In this document: positions 1 through 7,703 of the stretch, piece by piece | How positions within the stretch are numbered: the stretch's first letter is position 1 | How the letters are laid out: every line of letters begins with the position of its first letter | Origin: Flavobacteriaceae bacterium | Lineage (GTDB): Bacteria; Bacteroidota; Bacteroidia; Flavobacteriales; Flavobacteriaceae | Assembly (NCBI GenBank): GCA_965224465.1 | Contig: OZ245049.1 | Coordinates: 3,090,001-3,122,000, forward strand | Length of the DNA stretch: 32,000 nt | Direction: 5' to 3' | The notes under the pieces: generated by a model | Told to the model about the DNA's origin: nothing | Database searches by the model: none | What the model saw: the letters and a program-made list of their open reading frames with translations, nothing else | Translations under genes and position numbers: made by a program

Positions 1-160
1 TCTTTGGTTAAATGTGCCATACTACTTCTTTTTCAGAGACTTGAGGGCGTAAGGTAACTATTCCATCAAAACATGAAGGAGAGGTGACTCTCTTTCTGTT
101 TTGAAAAATAAACCTTAGAAACTCTCAAATCTAAGAAGTTGCATTTACTACTTGAATTTA
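1..160 (-). mobile_element. IS30-family element, terminal ~160 bp only (the rest lies left of the window)
   Basis: 1-160 aligns by eye (~75%) with the transposase-proximal end of the complete IS30-family copy at ~22931-23092, including the shared terminus TTGAATTTA. A minus-strand ATG at 18-20 (MAHLTK...) sits where the MKHITQAQ start of that copy sits. Confidence 0.6.
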
Positions 161-161
161 A

Positions 162-371
162 GAGGTATTTAAATGGAGTGAAGACAAAGAAAATAATATT
201 TCAAATAATTTAAAAACATTTGTAGCTAGAAATAAATATCTTTTTAATAACGATAAAAGCCAATTAGATTGGCTACTAAAAAACGACGAAGAGTTTATGG
301 AAGCGTTGATAAGGGTTTATAATTATTCTAAAGACCAAAAACATAAAGATTGGTATGCTAAAAGAAATTAA
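162..371 (+). pseudogene. 3' fragment of an unknown gene, abutting the IS30-like end
   Basis: The frame is open from the IS boundary to TAA at 369-371 (RGIKWSEDKENN...KDWYAKRN). The only in-frame ATG is at 297, and I recognise no domain. Confidence 0.3.
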
Positions 372-466
372 ATACAAATACGAACACATTGATAAACATA
401 AATATGGACACATCAGTATGCCTCCTAAAGGATTGAGTTAAAAGACAATTTTCAACTAATTCTAAT

Positions 467-1090
467 GTGTATCATTTTCACCCGATTGCATTTGTGGAAC
501 AGATGAAGTTGATTGCTGGGGAACTTGATATTAAATCTGGTATTGAGTGGTTAGACTCTATTGCTATAAATCAGGAAAAAGCAGGGGTAAAATCTAATTA
601 TAAGGTTTTATATGTTCAAGAAGGGCCTAAATTGAGAACGTCAGATTCAGATGAAGCCTTAAAATATTCCGATTGTTCAGAATTAGTCTGTAGATTTTTA
701 AATAAAATAGGGTGGAGTAAAAAAGTTAAACACTTAAACACTTCTGCTTTGTATTCATTTGCGCAGAAAAACCCAAATTTATTAGAAAAACATGACAAAG
801 ATTATGTTCCTCAAAAAGGAGGTATTTTTCTTTGGGCTAACAAAGCAGGTTCAAATGGTCATACGGGAATTGTTGTAGATTATGACAGTAAAATTGATGT
901 TGTAACTACAATTGAAGCTATTAATTTTAAAGAAAGACCTTATGGTGCTACAAGTAGTATCAAATTACAAGGAGTTGTTAAAGCTAAGTGGAAAAGAAAA
1001 TCAAGTCACTTAATGAGTCATCCATTAATAACTACTAGATATGAAGCACACCCTTGTAGATTCTATTCTCCTAAAAAATCAGATAAATAA
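467..1090 (+). CDS. Orphan toxin module 1: junction motif HFHPIAFVEQM followed by an NlpC/P60-type cysteine peptidoglycan peptidase
   Basis: The frame opens at 437. There is no ATG before 503, which is the Met of VEQMK; the track start at 467 is GTG. NlpC/P60 signature: SDCSELVCRFL (Cys) ... GGIFLW ... GHTGIVVDYD (His) ... TTIEA. No signal peptide or delivery domain. Confidence 0.75.
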   Translation: MYHFHPIAFVEQMKLIAGELDIKSGIEWLDSIAINQEKAGVKSNYKVLYVQEGPKLRTSDSDEALKYSDCSELVCRFLNKIGWSKKVKHLNTSALYSFAQKNPNLLEKHDKDYVPQKGGIFLWANKAGSNGHTGIVVDYDSKIDVVTTIEAINFKERPYGATSSIKLQGVVKAKWKRKSSHLMSHPLITTRYEAHPCRFYSPKKSDK

Positions 1091-1100
1091 TATTTACACT

Positions 1101-1769
1101 ATGAAAAAAACAAATTATTATATCTTATTAGGATTGATATTTTTATTAATATGTTGTAAAAATAAGGTTCCTAAAAGTGATTTATTGGGTAGTGAAAATA
1201 CTAATCATTTAATTGAAGAAAATGACCGCAAAGCAGACAGTTCATTAATTTTAGAAAAAGCTATAAATTTTGATGAGATTTATAATATTCTTTTAAATTC
1301 ATACCAAAAAAGAAATAACAAATTAGTTAAAAAGCTAGATAATAATTATTTGGAAAAATTAATTATAAAAAATAAAATTTCAAAAATTAATATAGATAAG
1401 TACGTGCAAATCAATTTCTTCTTAACTTTTTTAGATCAAAATAAAGATTACGGCGAATCATTATATGATGTTTTACCAATTAATGAGTTTGAGCCATCAA
1501 AGGATGCATATAAATATGTTGAAAGACCTTTTAATTATTTAGAAAATAATATAGAAGAAATAATAGAGAAAGTTGATTTAAAAAAAAATGATCCATTATG
1601 GGTTAAATATTACCTAAGTGAAGAAGGAATAAATAATATGCTTACGTTCTATGACAAGCAAATTAATTTTAAAAAATACTCTACTCTACTTAATCTTCTG
1701 AAGAAAGAACCTTTATTAATCCAATTCGAAAATACAGAACGAATAATTAAAGAAATAAGCGAAAAATAA
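1101..1769 (+). CDS. Lipoprotein, putative cognate immunity protein of orphan toxin 1
   Basis: ATG at 1101 gives MKKTNYYILLGLIFLLICCKNK (signal peptide plus lipobox Cys). It starts 10 nt after the toxin stop. Very AT-rich, with no recognisable domain. Confidence 0.6.
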   Translation: MKKTNYYILLGLIFLLICCKNKVPKSDLLGSENTNHLIEENDRKADSSLILEKAINFDEIYNILLNSYQKRNNKLVKKLDNNYLEKLIIKNKISKINIDKYVQINFFLTFLDQNKDYGESLYDVLPINEFEPSKDAYKYVERPFNYLENNIEEIIEKVDLKKNDPLWVKYYLSEEGINNMLTFYDKQINFKKYSTLLNLLKKEPLLIQFENTERIIKEISEK

Positions 1770-1992
1770 CCGAGTATCTTTCTCGTACTCACAACAAAAA
1801 CAAGACTATGCTCCCCCGCTGGCGCAAGCAGAACAAATAGCCTGGTAAAGGCTAGTGCGAGTGTCACGCTCGTACCGTTAAGAGTAAGAAAAGAAATGAT
1901 ACGCTTAAATAATTCAGAAGAGAGAACAGGAAAATAAAATAGAGGGTTTAGTTTGTTTAACGGCACAAGCAAGATGTTTGTGCGAGCGAGGC

Positions 1993-2691
1993 ATGAGCGA
2001 TGAAGAGATTCGTTTAGCAAAAGAGTTTGATGAGTTAGAGAAAGAAAGAACTCCGAGAGAGTTTCCTGCTGATTCTAATGTGTATCACTTCCACCCTATT
2101 GCATTTGTGGAACAGATGAAGTTATTAATTACAAAAGAAGATATAGATCTTAGGCCTTTGATGACTTTTGAACCACAAAGAGGTTCTTCAGATTGTAATA
2201 TTACTTGTAAGCGAATAATGAAGAAAATGGGAGTTATTGCCGAAGGAGCAACAGGGGAAATTTCTATTTTCGGAGGATCTTATCGTCAGTCAAAATATCA
2301 ATTAGCTAATGAAACGGCTTCCCGTGATAGTTTAATTTTTTATGAAGAACCTAGTATAAAAGGTGTTGCATACTTGGATAGAGCTCTTGAGTATGGTCAT
2401 CCTGTTTTGGTAGGTGTTCATCATACTTTTCAGTACAGAGGAGGTAAAGGTATAAATGAAGGAACTACAGATCATTATGTTATTATTGTAGGAAGGAAGT
2501 ATGTAGGTGGAAAACAATTTTATATTTTTTGGGATGTAGGAACAAGAAGAGGAAATAGTACTGAATGGGTTTTTGAATACAGAGAAGGGAAATTAATAGC
2601 AGATAAAACGTATAAATCTGGAAATAAAAGTTATACTTTAATACAAATTAGAAGAAACATTGACGAAAATGGAAAAACACTTACTTACTAG
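1993..2691 (+). CDS. Orphan toxin module 2: junction motif followed by a papain-like Cys/His hydrolase (probable peptidoglycan amidase)
   Basis: The track start at 1978 is TTG; the first ATG is at 1993. Motif NVYHFHPIAFVEQMKLL at 2086-2118. Candidate catalytic residues are SSDCNITC (Cys), TTDHYVIIVG (His) and FWDVG (Asp). The family assignment is tentative. Confidence 0.6.
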   Translation: MSDEEIRLAKEFDELEKERTPREFPADSNVYHFHPIAFVEQMKLLITKEDIDLRPLMTFEPQRGSSDCNITCKRIMKKMGVIAEGATGEISIFGGSYRQSKYQLANETASRDSLIFYEEPSIKGVAYLDRALEYGHPVLVGVHHTFQYRGGKGINEGTTDHYVIIVGRKYVGGKQFYIFWDVGTRRGNSTEWVFEYREGKLIADKTYKSGNKSYTLIQIRRNIDENGKTLTY

Positions 2692-3358
2692 TATAGTTAT
2701 TATTTTGCTAATACTAGGCTCTTGTAGAGAGAAAGCAAATAAAGGTTCTTTAGATGAAATTAGTAAAAAAAAAGACTCTGTATTGGTAAATGATTTACCT
2801 GCATTAAGTTTAAATCTAGAAAACAATGAGGTAATAACTTTAAAAGGGAAGAAGTTTTATTTATTAAAAGAAAAACCGGATAAAGAGTTGTTTTTAAATA
2901 AAAATTATTTTGAGAGTGAAATGGAAGTTTATACTTTTAAAGCTAATAAGTTTAAAGATAGAACGGGTAGTGCTATAATGGAGCCTCTAGAGTACGATGT
3001 ATTAAAAGAAATCAATAGTGGTCAGTATATTAATTTAGTAATTGAAAATTGGAATAATGAAAAGAGAAAGATACGGTTTGAATATAATCCAACTAAAGGT
3101 TTGTTATATAAAATAAAAAATAATAAAAGAACAATGACATTCTTAGATTCTCTCAAAATAAATTCTTTTAAGATAGTGTATATGGTGCCTTGCGGCGAAT
3201 ACACTGATGAATATGAGAAGAAAGATTGTTTAGAAGAATATATTAAAACTGAAGAAGAGAGAAGGGTACGGGCTAATGATTTTAAATGGTATCCACGTTT
3301 AGATTGTGCTAATATTTTTGATAGTGAATTTTGTAAAAAACTAAATAAGATTAACTAA
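2669..3358 (+). CDS. Lipoprotein, putative immunity protein of orphan toxin 2
   Basis: ATG at 2669 gives MEKHLLTSIVIILLILGSCRE (lipobox LGSC). It overlaps the toxin 3' end by 23 nt. Confidence 0.6.
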   Translation: MEKHLLTSIVIILLILGSCREKANKGSLDEISKKKDSVLVNDLPALSLNLENNEVITLKGKKFYLLKEKPDKELFLNKNYFESEMEVYTFKANKFKDRTGSAIMEPLEYDVLKEINSGQYINLVIENWNNEKRKIRFEYNPTKGLLYKIKNNKRTMTFLDSLKINSFKIVYMVPCGEYTDEYEKKDCLEEYIKTEEERRVRANDFKWYPRLDCANIFDSEFCKKLNKIN

Positions 3359-3369
3359 GTAGAATTATA

Positions 3370-4917
3370 TTGATAATTTTTCATAAGAATAATAGCAAAA
3401 GTAAAAAACCCTACACAGCACCCATAAAAGAAGAAGATAAAACAAAAACGAGTAGCACCAAAAGACCTTCTATGTTGCCAGAAGGTACAGTGGTAGAAGA
3501 AATACCACAAAAAGATGTTGTACCTTTAGACAATAAAACAACAGCAGCTAAACCAGATGCTAAACCAACGGAAGATAGTATACAAACGACAAGTACAACC
3601 GCTGCTCCAGCACCGGAAACTAAAGTAGAAGAAAAAGAAGTGCCACGAAAACGTATGTTTCCAAGTACAGATATAGTACATCACTTTCATCCAATTGCTT
3701 GGGTGGAGCAGATGAAACTTATTTTTGGGGAGGGTGGCGGAGATTGTGAATCTCTTATTTGGGGAAATAAAGTAAGTTGTGAATTTAGAGAAAAAGTAAT
3801 TAAAATAGCAATCAATTTATGGGGAGAAGATAAGAAAATTGAAATGGCTAATAATTTAATGGCGGTATTTGCTTGGGAAAGTGGAGGTACTTTTAAATCA
3901 GATGCTCCAAACATGGGGAACTCTGGAGGAACAGGTTTAATTCAATTTATGCCTGAAACTGCAAAAGGTTTATTAAATAAAGAGATTACTATTGAGACTG
4001 TCAAGAATTATTGGGGTAAAGGAAAAAATTTAAAACGAGTAAAAGAATTTGCACAAATGACAGATATAGAACAGTTGTCATATGTTGAGAAGTACTTTAA
4101 AAGGTTAAAAGGGAAAGAATTAAAGTTTGTCGATTTTTATTTACAAGTACTATTCCCTGCATCTATGGGTAAATCTGATGACCATGTTGTATTCTCCAAA
4201 GATGGTAGTGGACTATCAAAAACAGATAGACATTATAATTTACGTATAAAAGCATATTCTCAAAATAAAGGGTTTGACACAAATGAAAAATATGGAAATA
4301 ATGATGGACAAGTAACCAAAGGGGAAATAAAGAAAAGTATTCAAAAATATCTTAATGATGGAAAAAAATATAAAAATAACTGTAATGATGGAAGTTGTAC
4401 ATTGGGAAGTGAGAAAAATAATAATATCATTGAAAATGGAGTAATTCTTAATTTTATAGGAAAATCATCAAAAGAATCATCTTTGTCTATTAAAACAAAA
4501 AATATTTTAAAGGAGGTTGGTAAAATTTCTGGAAATGAGAATATAATTATTACTAGTACGGCTAGAACTCCTTATGATCAAGCTAGAATAATGTATAACA
4601 ATTGTAAAGCTGGTCTACAAGAACAAAGAAATACTTATAAATCACCAGGGCAAAAAGTTATTGACGTATATGTTGAGGAGACCAAAAATAAAAAAACTAG
4701 AACTGAAATAATTTCTGCAATGGAAAAAAAGATAAAATCTTTAGGTGCTTCTTCTGTTTCTAGCCATTGTGCAGACCAAAGTATAATAAATACATTTGAT
4801 ATCTCTTATGCTAATTTAAAGGACAAAACAAAATTTTGGAATGAAATGAAAAAAAGAGTTGAACTAGATAAAATTTTAAACGAAAATAAATGTTACCATA
4901 TTCAAATAAAACAATGA
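3370..4917 (+). CDS. Orphan toxin module 3: effector linker plus junction motif plus SLT/GH23 lytic transglycosylase plus a second peptidase-like domain
   Basis: The track start at 3370 is TTG; the first ATG is at 3472. Residues 11-115 are nearly identical to residues ~735-839 of the 1202-aa effector. SLT signature: AVFAWESGG...GGTGLIQFMPETAKGL. The C-terminal part (IIITSTARTPYDQARIMY ... SSHCAD...FDIS ... CYHIQI) is reminiscent of LAS/M15 zinc peptidases, with low certainty. Confidence 0.7.
   Translation: MIIFHKNNSKSKKPYTAPIKEEDKTKTSSTKRPSMLPEGTVVEEIPQKDVVPLDNKTTAAKPDAKPTEDSIQTTSTTAAPAPETKVEEKEVPRKRMFPSTDIVHHFHPIAWVEQMKLIFGEGGGDCESLIWGNKVSCEFREKVIKIAINLWGEDKKIEMANNLMAVFAWESGGTFKSDAPNMGNSGGTGLIQFMPETAKGLLNKEITIETVKNYWGKGKNLKRVKEFAQMTDIEQLSYVEKYFKRLKGKELKFVDFYLQVLFPASMGKSDDHVVFSKDGSGLSKTDRHYNLRIKAYSQNKGFDTNEKYGNNDGQVTKGEIKKSIQKYLNDGKKYKNNCNDGSCTLGSEKNNNIIENGVILNFIGKSSKESSLSIKTKNILKEVGKISGNENIIITSTARTPYDQARIMYNNCKAGLQEQRNTYKSPGQKVIDVYVEETKNKKTRTEIISAMEKKIKSLGASSVSSHCADQSIINTFDISYANLKDKTKFWNEMKKRVELDKILNENKCYHIQIKQ
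3399..3715 (+). repeat. 317-bp homology tract shared with 11575-11891
   Basis: Constant offset of 8176 nt, no indels, about 9 substitutions by eye (~97%). It covers the P/T/K linker through the Met of VEQM, and similarity collapses immediately downstream. Confidence 0.9.
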
Positions 4918-5714
4918 AAAACAAATATTTAATAATATTTTTTTTGATTACATTAATAATTTCTTGTAAAGAAATAGAGAACCCAAAAATAACAACAAAT
5001 ATAAATAAGATAAAAGATACAATTAGAATCAACTGTAAAGAATGTATTATTGATCTTAAGTTTAATAATAAAAAGTTAAATAAATTAAAAGAAAAATATT
5101 CTAATGATGATTTTTATATTATAGCTGATGATGCAAACAATTATACATCTAATGTAAGAGACTTCTTAGGTCAAGAGAAAAAAGAAATTATTAAAATAAA
5201 AATGAATTCTAATAATGTTTTAAAAATTAATAATAGATTTATTATTCCCTATGAAAAAATTAATTATTGGGATTATATTTTATGTTTAAATAGTACAAAA
5301 CCAAAAATTGTCAGCCCAATTGAATTTATAGATGTTTATCAGACGTACTATATTGACAAAATCAAATCAATTAAACCTAATTGGATAGGGAGTTTTAATT
5401 TTTTTAATGACTTAGGCAAAATTGGAGATTCTGGAATTTTTATTGGATATAATATTAATATTTCAAAAGATAGTATTTTGTTTTCTGGGCAAGGTTATCA
5501 AACTAATTTTTATGATTTGTGTTACGCCAAGCAAAATAAAGATACCTTAGAATTATATTACAAAAAAACAATTGAAGGAACAGATTATAATAAAAAAGAG
5601 AAAAAAGCATTATTTAAACTATATATTAAAAACAGCAATTATTATGGTAAAAGTCCTGTAATATTTATTGAATCTATTAATAACACTCCTTTTCAATTAG
5701 AAAAAAATGATTAA
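4914..5714 (+). CDS. Lipoprotein, putative immunity protein of orphan toxin 3
   Basis: ATG at 4914 gives MKNKYLIIFFLITLIISCKE (lipobox ISC). There is an ATGA start/stop overlap with the toxin ORF. Confidence 0.6.
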   Translation: MKNKYLIIFFLITLIISCKEIENPKITTNINKIKDTIRINCKECIIDLKFNNKKLNKLKEKYSNDDFYIIADDANNYTSNVRDFLGQEKKEIIKIKMNSNNVLKINNRFIIPYEKINYWDYILCLNSTKPKIVSPIEFIDVYQTYYIDKIKSIKPNWIGSFNFFNDLGKIGDSGIFIGYNINISKDSILFSGQGYQTNFYDLCYAKQNKDTLELYYKKTIEGTDYNKKEKKALFKLYIKNSNYYGKSPVIFIESINNTPFQLEKND

Positions 5715-5717
5715 TTA

Positions 5718-7291
5718 ACTCAAGTTTCGCACTTAGATAGATTTACGCAACCTCTTGATAGTTAAGCTTGTGGATATTCACTAGGAATCCAAAATCTTCA
5801 ATATTCGCTATTATTTTACGTGTAACCATTTCAACATCAATAGATTCAATCATCTTTTCCAAAATGTCAATCACCAAGCTGATAACTGCTAATATCCTGA
5901 TGTTTAGCTTATTCTCTATATAATCTTGTTTTAAATCTTTAAACAAGCCTCCTATAGTTTCGTAGGCTTCCATTCTATATCGAATACTGGTGAGTAAATA
6001 TTGAACCATTATAATGCTTATTTGTGCGATTTGAATATCGAAATTAGTAGACTGACATTTTCCAAGACCAAACAACTGCTTAGCTTCTTTAAAAAACACT
6101 TCTATGGACCATCTGATACTGTATATTTCAATAGCCTTTACAAATTTCAGTGTTGTATCCGTTGATATTAACGTGTGCCATTTGCCATTCTTTCCACGTT
6201 TTGAAATAAATACAGCAACCTTAAGACCATCAATTTCAGTTATGTAATGATGGTAGTAATAATTGAATTTACGGCATCGTTTTGGTTTTATTTTCTGTTT
6301 TTTGAGTTGTGACAACGTTTTTATCTTTGATCGAACTTCAATCTTACTGTTGTATTTATACATCCCAATAATATGAGTTGAACTACTAATGTTCCGTAGC
6401 TTTCTAAGTAATTTAACACTTGTAAACCAGGTGTCTATTAAGATGTAATCTATGGGGATTTTACGTTTTACAAGCCTTGAGAACATTTGAACTAGCAGGT
6501 CTGTTTTCTTTTTATTGAGTTCCTGATACCTCTTTGCTGCAATTGTTTTACTACATCTTGGAGTTTTCTTTTGAAGCCTACGTTGCTTCGCCGTTAGACC
6601 GTATTTTAATTTTGATGTTTTACTTTCACGATGCAAACTAAAGTCAACAGGGATAAATACACTTCCATTCCAATAACCAGCTACAAGTAGCTTAAAGCCT
6701 AGGTAATACGTTTTTGACACATGGTTGTATATTTTTGAAACACCTTCAATTGTCTTTCCTGTTTTAGAAAGATCAGTATCGTCAAAGATCAAGCACTTTG
6801 TAGCGTCTTGAGATGGAGTAAAGAACTCTTCTTTTAATAGATATTGCTTCACAAACTGAGCTAGAAAAACCCTCCAATTTATCTTTTGATTTGCTAGGAT
6901 TCGATAGTATGAATCTTTACCCGACTGACCTAATCCCTTGTCTTTACTACTTGTAAGTCCATGAATAGAATCAAATCCGATAATAGGTAAAATTAAAAGT
7001 GTAGAGATTAAATTACCGAATGAAATCCCCGATTTCTTACACCAACTAAACTTGTTTTTAATTTTATTGAATCCTAAAATATTTAGATGTGCTTGTAGGT
7101 ATTCTGAACTAAGCCAAATCTTATTAAATTTTCCTTTTATCTCCTGTGTTTTTGTGATATCTTCGTGTTCTAGCATGTTTTGTACTTTCTTGTTCGTACT
7201 TAAAAGTACAATAAAACCAGGGGATTACCTTGGTTTTCATGCTATTTATTTTTACTTAAACACCTGTAAATGATGGGTGCGAAACTTGAGT
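5718..7291 (-). mobile_element. Complete IS4-family insertion sequence (1574 bp)
   Basis: Perfect 15-bp terminal inverted repeats: ACTCAAGTTTCGCAC at 5718-5732 and its reverse complement GTGCGAAACTTGAGT at 7277-7291. They enclose a single DDE transposase ORF. No flanking direct repeat is seen. Confidence 0.85.
5743..7176 (-). CDS. IS4-family DDE transposase (477 aa)
   Basis: Long ORF with the IS4-type C-terminal Y-x2-R-x3-E-x6-K block (YSIRWSIEVFFKEAKQ). It is bracketed by the IRs. Confidence 0.9.
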   Translation of the reverse strand: MLEHEDITKTQEIKGKFNKIWLSSEYLQAHLNILGFNKIKNKFSWCKKSGISFGNLISTLLILPIIGFDSIHGLTSSKDKGLGQSGKDSYYRILANQKINWRVFLAQFVKQYLLKEEFFTPSQDATKCLIFDDTDLSKTGKTIEGVSKIYNHVSKTYYLGFKLLVAGYWNGSVFIPVDFSLHRESKTSKLKYGLTAKQRRLQKKTPRCSKTIAAKRYQELNKKKTDLLVQMFSRLVKRKIPIDYILIDTWFTSVKLLRKLRNISSSTHIIGMYKYNSKIEVRSKIKTLSQLKKQKIKPKRCRKFNYYYHHYITEIDGLKVAVFISKRGKNGKWHTLISTDTTLKFVKAIEIYSIRWSIEVFFKEAKQLFGLGKCQSTNFDIQIAQISIIMVQYLLTSIRYRMEAYETIGGLFKDLKQDYIENKLNIRILAVISLVIDILEKMIESIDVEMVTRKIIANIEDFGFLVNIHKLNYQEVA

Positions 7292-7555
7292 AAACTTATA
7301 TCATTGAAGGATTCTCTTGAAGATATACTTTCAAGCCATTCACTTAATATTGATGATGAAATTATTTCAACTATTAGTTCATTGTGCATTGAAATTAGAT
7401 TGATGATTAACGAGTTTCGATTTAATTCTACTCATGAAGAATTAACTGGAGAAAAAGAAGGGATTTCTGGAGCTAATCGGCTAGATAAAATTTATGATAT
7501 GATTATGGATTTACTAAGATTACTTGAGCATGAAAATGGTATTAAAAGAGAATAA
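7277..7555 (+). CDS. Hypothetical 92-codon ORF, possibly the 3' remnant of a gene cut by the IS4 insertion
   Basis: The GTG 'start' lies inside the IS4 inverted repeat and the first in-frame ATG is well downstream. An identical copy is at 17355-17633. No domain recognised. Confidence 0.3.
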   Translation: MRNLSKLISLKDSLEDILSSHSLNIDDEIISTISSLCIEIRLMINEFRFNSTHEELTGEKEGISGANRLDKIYDMIMDLLRLLEHENGIKRE

Positions 7556-7703
7556 AGCAAAGCTGCTAACAATAAATATAGGTCATTTGGCAGGTAATGC
7601 AAATTTTGAAAATGAGTACAATTAATATAATATATAGCGTTTGGATAGGTTGGAGCTTTGAAATGCCAAACGCCCCATATTCAAGCCGTTGGCAAACATT
7701 AAA

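Noticed and set aside
467-3372. ORF-track start codons at 467, 1978, 2660, 3370 (also 7277, 7689 and 19624)
   Set aside because: These are GTG or TTG in the DNA. For the lipoprotein and secreted-protein genes an internal ATG gives a proper signal peptide, and I used those starts. For the toxin modules the non-ATG starts count as evidence that the ORFs are 5'-incomplete, not as true initiation sites.
616-5032. Short antisense ORFs inside the orphan toxin/immunity genes (616-798, 1649-2020, 2332-2517, 2638-2826, 3022-3204, 3687-3914, 4811-5032)
   Set aside because: All overlap longer + strand ORFs with recognisable domains or lipoprotein signals. Their translations are low-complexity and hydrophobic, as expected from AT-rich antisense reading.
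7052-7273. 73-codon ORF overlapping the IS4 transposase start (also at 17130-17351)
   Set aside because: It is antisense to the transposase 5' end and lies inside the IS. The sequence is hydrophobic nonsense, with no evidence of a second IS gene.
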